A stretch of DNA of 64,000 bases from the human T2T-CHM13v2.0 reference genome, Homo sapiens: assembly GCF_009914755.1 (NCBI RefSeq), contig NC_060933.1. One strand, 5' to 3'. The notes under the pieces were generated by a model, which saw only the letters and a list, made by a program, of their open reading frames with translations, ran no database searches and was not told the DNA's origin. This document shows, in pieces, positions 60,101-64,000 of this stretch (the first letter of the stretch is position 1; each line of letters opens with the position of its first letter). The position numbers and the translations under genes are program-made.

Positions 60101-63100
60101 TCCATTCCATTCTATTCCGTATCATTCCATTCCATTCCATTTCATTCCATTCCATTCCATTGCATTCCATTGTACTCGGGTTGATTCAATTCCATTGCAT
60201 TCCATTCCATTCCATTCCATTCCATTCCGTTGCATTCCATTCCATTACATTCGGATTGATTCTATTCAACTCCCTTACTCTCCATTACATTCCATTCCAT
60301 TCGGGTTGCTCCATTCCATTCCATTCCATTCCACTCCATTCCATTGCACTCGGGTTGATTCCATTCCATTCCATTCCATTCCATTCCATTCCAGATGATT
60401 CCATTCCATTGCATTCCGTTCCATTACTTTCCCCTGCACTCGCGTTGATTCCATTCCATTCCATTCCATTCCATTCAATTCCATTCCATTACAATTCGTT
60501 CCATTCCATTCCATTCCGTACCATTCCATTTCATTCGATACCATTCCATTCCATTCCATTCCATTCCATTGCGTTCCATTCCGTTCCATTCCATTCCATT
60601 CCATTCTATTCGAATTAATTCCATTCCATTCCATTCCATTCTATTCCATTCCATAGCAATCGAGTTGAATCCATTGCATTTCATTCCATTCCATTCCATT
60701 CCATTCCATTCCGGAAGATTCCATTCCATTGTATTCGATTCCATTCCCCTGCACTCGCGTTGATTCCATTCCATTCCATTCCATTCCATTCCATTCCATT
60801 CCGTTCCGTTCCGTTCCATTCCATTCCATTTCATTCCATTCTATTCCGTTCCGTTCCATTCCATTCCATTCCATTCTATTCGGGTTAATTCCATTCCATT
60901 CCATTGGATTCCAATCGAGTTGATTCCATTCCATTCCATTCCATTCCATTCCACTCCATTCCAGTCCTTTCCATTCCATTCCACTCGGGTTGATTCCAAT
61001 GTATTCCTTTCCATTCCATTCCATTCCATTGCAATCGAGTTGATTCCATTGCTTTGCATTCCATTCCATTCCATTCCATTCCGGATGATTCCATTCCATT
61101 GCATTCCATTCCATTCCCTTCCCCTGCACTCGGGTTGATTCCATTCCATTCCACTCCATTCCGTTTCATTCCATTCCATTCCATTTTATTCGGGTTAATT
61201 CCATTCCATTGCATTCCATTCCATTCCATTCCCCTGCATTCGGGTTGATTCCATTCCATTCCACTCCATTCCGTTCCATTCCATTCCATTCCGTTGTATT
61301 CGGGTTAATTCCATTCCATTCCATTCCATTCCATTCCATTCCATTTCATTCCATTACAATCGAGTTAATTCCATTCCATTCCATTCCATTCCATTCCATT
61401 CCATTCCAGTCCTTTCCTTTCCATTCCACTCGGGTTGATTCCATTTTATTAGTTTCCATTCCATTCCATTCCCTTCCATTCCACTCTGGTTGATTCCATT
61501 CCTTTCCATTCCACTCGAATACATTCCCTCCTATTCCACTCGGAACGATTCCATTCCATTCCATTCCATTCCATTCCATTCCATTCCATTCCATTCCATT
61601 TCGTTCCATTCCATTCTATTCCGTATCATTCCATTGCATTCCTCTCGTGTTGATTCCATTCCTTTCCATTCCATTCGGTTTGAACGCATTCCATTACATT
61701 CCATTCCATTCCATTCCTTTCCATTCCATTCCATTGTACTCGGGTTGATTGCATTCCATTGCATTCCATTCCATTCCATTCCGTTGCATTCCATTCCATT
61801 ACATTCGGAATGATTCTATTCAACTCCCTTACTCTCCATTACATTCCATTCCATTCGGGTTGTTGCATTCCATTCCATTCCATTCCACTCCATTCCACTG
61901 CACTCGGGTTGATTCCATTCCATTCCATTCCATTCCATTCCATTACAATTCGTTCCATTCCATTCTATTCCGTACCATTCCATTCCATTCCATACCATTC
62001 CATTCCATTCCATTCCATTCCATTCCGTTCCATTCCGTTCCATTGCAATCGAGTTGAATCCATTGCATTACATTCCATTCCATTCCATTGCATTCCATTC
62101 CGGAAGATTCCATTCCATTGCATTCCATTCCATTCCATTCCCCTGCACTCGCGTTGATTCCATTCCATTCCATTCCATTCCATTCCATTCCGTTCCGTTC
62201 CGTTCCATTCCATTCCATTCCATTCCATTGCATTCCGTTCCGTTCCATTCCATTCCATTCCATTCTATTCGGGTTAATTCCATTCCATTCCATTCGATTG
62301 CAATCGAGTTGATTCCATTCCATTCCATTCCATTCCATTCCATTCCATTCCATTCCATTCCTTTCCATTCCATTACGGATGATTCCATTCCTTTGCATTC
62401 CATTCCATTCCATTCCCCTGTACTCGGGTTGATTCCATTCCATTCCATTCTGATCCATGCCATTCCACTCGTGTTGATTCCATTCTTTCCATTCCATTCA
62501 AGTTGAATCCATTCCATTTCATTCCATTCCATTCGATTCCATTCGATTGCACTCGGGTTGATTCCATTCCATTGCATTCCATTCCATTCCATTCCATTCC
62601 ATTCCATTCCGTTCCATTCCATTCCATTACATTCGGATTGATTGTATTCAATTCCCTTACACTCCATTACATTCCATTCCATTCGGGTAGTTTCCACTCC
62701 ATTCCATTCCATTCCTCTCCATTCCATTGCACTCGGGTTGATTCCATTCCATTGCATTCCATTCCATTCCATTCAATTCCATTCCGTTCCATTCCATTCC
62801 ATTACATTCGGATTGATTCTATTCAACTCCCTTACTCTCCATTACATTCGATTCCATTCGGGTTGTTCCATTCCATTCCATTGCATTCCCCTCCATTCCA
62901 TTGCACTCGGGTTGATTCCATTCCATTCCATTCCATTCCGGAAGATTTCATTCCATTACATTCCATTACATTCCATTCCCCTGCACTCGCGTGGATTCCA
63001 TTCCATTCCATTACATTGAATACCATTCCATTCCATTCCTTTCCGTTCCATTCCATTCCATTCCATTCCATTCCATTCCGTTCCGTTCCATTCCGTTCCA

Positions 63101-64000
63101 TTCCATTCCATTCCATTCTATTCGGGTTAATTCCATTCCATTCCATTCTATTGTAATCGTGTTGATTCCATTCCATTCCATTCCATTCCATTCCATTCCA
63201 TTCCTTTCCATTGCATTACGGATGATTCCATTCCATTGCATTCCATTCCATTCCATTCCCCTGTACTCGGGTTGATTCCATTCCATTGCATTCCAATCCA
63301 TGCCCTTCCATTCGTGTTGATTCCATTCTTTCCATTGCATTCAAGTTGAATCCATTCCATTGCATTCCATTCCATTCGATTCCATTCGATTGCACTCGGG
63401 TTGATTCCATTCCATTGCATTCCATTCCATTCCATTCCATTCCATTCCATTCCGTTCCATTCCATTCCATTACATTCGGATTGATTCTATTCAATTCCCT
63501 TACACTCCATTACATTCCATTCCATTCGGGTAGTTTCCATTCCATTCCATTCCATTCCTCTCCATTCCATTGCACTCGGGTTGATTCCATTCCATTGCAT
63601 TCCATTCCATTCCATTCAAATCCATTCCGTTCCATTCCATTCCATTACATTCGGATTGCTTCTATTCATCTCCCTTAGTTTCCATTACATTCCATTCCAT
63701 TCGGGTTGTTCCATTCCATTCCATTCCATTCCACTCCATTCCATTGCACTCGGGTTGATTCCATTCCATTCCATTCCATTCCATTCCATTCCATTCCATT
63801 CCATTCCATTCCGGAAGATTCCATTCCATTGCATTCCATTCCATTCCATTCCCCTGCACTCGCGTTGATTCCATTCCATTCCATTCCATTCCATTCCATT
63901 CCTTTCTGTTCCATTCCATTCCATTCCATTCCATTCCATTCCGTTCCGTTACGTTCCATTCCATTCCATTCTATTCTATTCTGGTTAATTCCATGCCATT
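54200..64000 (-). repeat. HSat3 sub-domain type A again, with a ~0.84 kb unit
   Basis: Return of ctcgaatacattccctcctattccactcgg (58281, 60015, 61515), aactcccttactctcc and tcaagttgaatcc (55740, 56623, 62498, 63341); ORFs 62373/63216 are offset by 843. Confidence 0.75.

Larger units (their letters stand above)
1..64000. repeat. Satellite III (HSat3) array: diverged (GGAAT)n/(CATTC)n with interspersed CAACCCGAGT-type decamers
   Basis: The pentamer dominates every line. Recurrent ATCAACCCGAGTG / CACTCGGGTTGAT and ATCAACTCGATTGCA variants match the classical satellite III signature CAACCCGA(A/G)T(GGAAT)n. No non-satellite insertion seen. Subfamily and chromosome cannot be fixed without a k-mer or alignment search. 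Confidence 0.97.
11046..64000 (-). repeat. HSat3 block with the G-rich strand on - (CATTC on +)
   Basis: Continuous attccattcc... from 11046 to the end of the window; no return to GGAAT orientation seen. Confidence 0.97.

Noticed and set aside
1-64000. Hundreds of ORFs (MEWNG / IPFHS repeats, up to 485 aa at 39221..40678)
   Set aside because: A 5-bp repeat with no stop codon gives the same pentapeptide in all three frames of each strand. ORFs overlap in all six frames and show no domain or gene structure. The peptide matches the poly-WNGME product described for (TGGAA)n in SCA31, but nothing here indicates translation.
1-64000. CRISPR-like repeat/spacer appearance (pentamer runs separated by variant modules)
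   Set aside because: The apparent spacers are recurrent degenerate pentamer derivatives, lengths are irregular and there are no cas genes.
1-64000. HSat2, alpha satellite, telomeric repeat or a pure pathogenic TGGAA expansion
   Set aside because: No dominant CATTCGATTC/GATGAT HSat2 pattern, no 171-bp monomer or CENP-B box, and no TTAGGG array. Pure pentamer runs are short (about a dozen units) and regularly interrupted by HSat3 modules.
1-64000. Specific chromosome or subfamily assignment (e.g. chr9q12)
   Set aside because: The inversion and the CAACCCGAGT-rich composition are compatible with it, but assignment needs a k-mer or alignment search I cannot run.

Overview
The whole 64 kb is pericentromeric-type satellite DNA: classical human/great-ape Satellite III (HSat3). 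It consists of diverged (GGAAT)n/(CATTC)n pentamers punctuated by the decamer CAACCCGA(G/A)T and its variants. I find no credible protein-coding gene, RNA gene, transposon or CRISPR array; every ORF in the track is the MEWNG/IPFHS translation of the pentamer. The notable features are structural. (1) A single sharp strand inversion at ~11,043-11,046, with GGAAT on + to the left and CATTC on + to the right. (2) The left arm is a scrambled inverted mosaic of modules found at 11-25 kb, not a simple fold-back. (3) The array divides into sub-domains with different diagnostic variants, roughly A (11-21.6 kb), C (21.6-25.2 kb), B (25.3-54.1 kb) and A again (54.2-64 kb). (4) There are nested tandem duplications of 40-95 bp, ~0.3, 0.5, 0.84, 1.0, 2.4 and 5.0 kb, plus an older ~10 kb-spaced homology. 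All coordinates and homologies were read by eye and from ORF-track offsets, so boundaries are approximate. I did not find an undescribed gene system.
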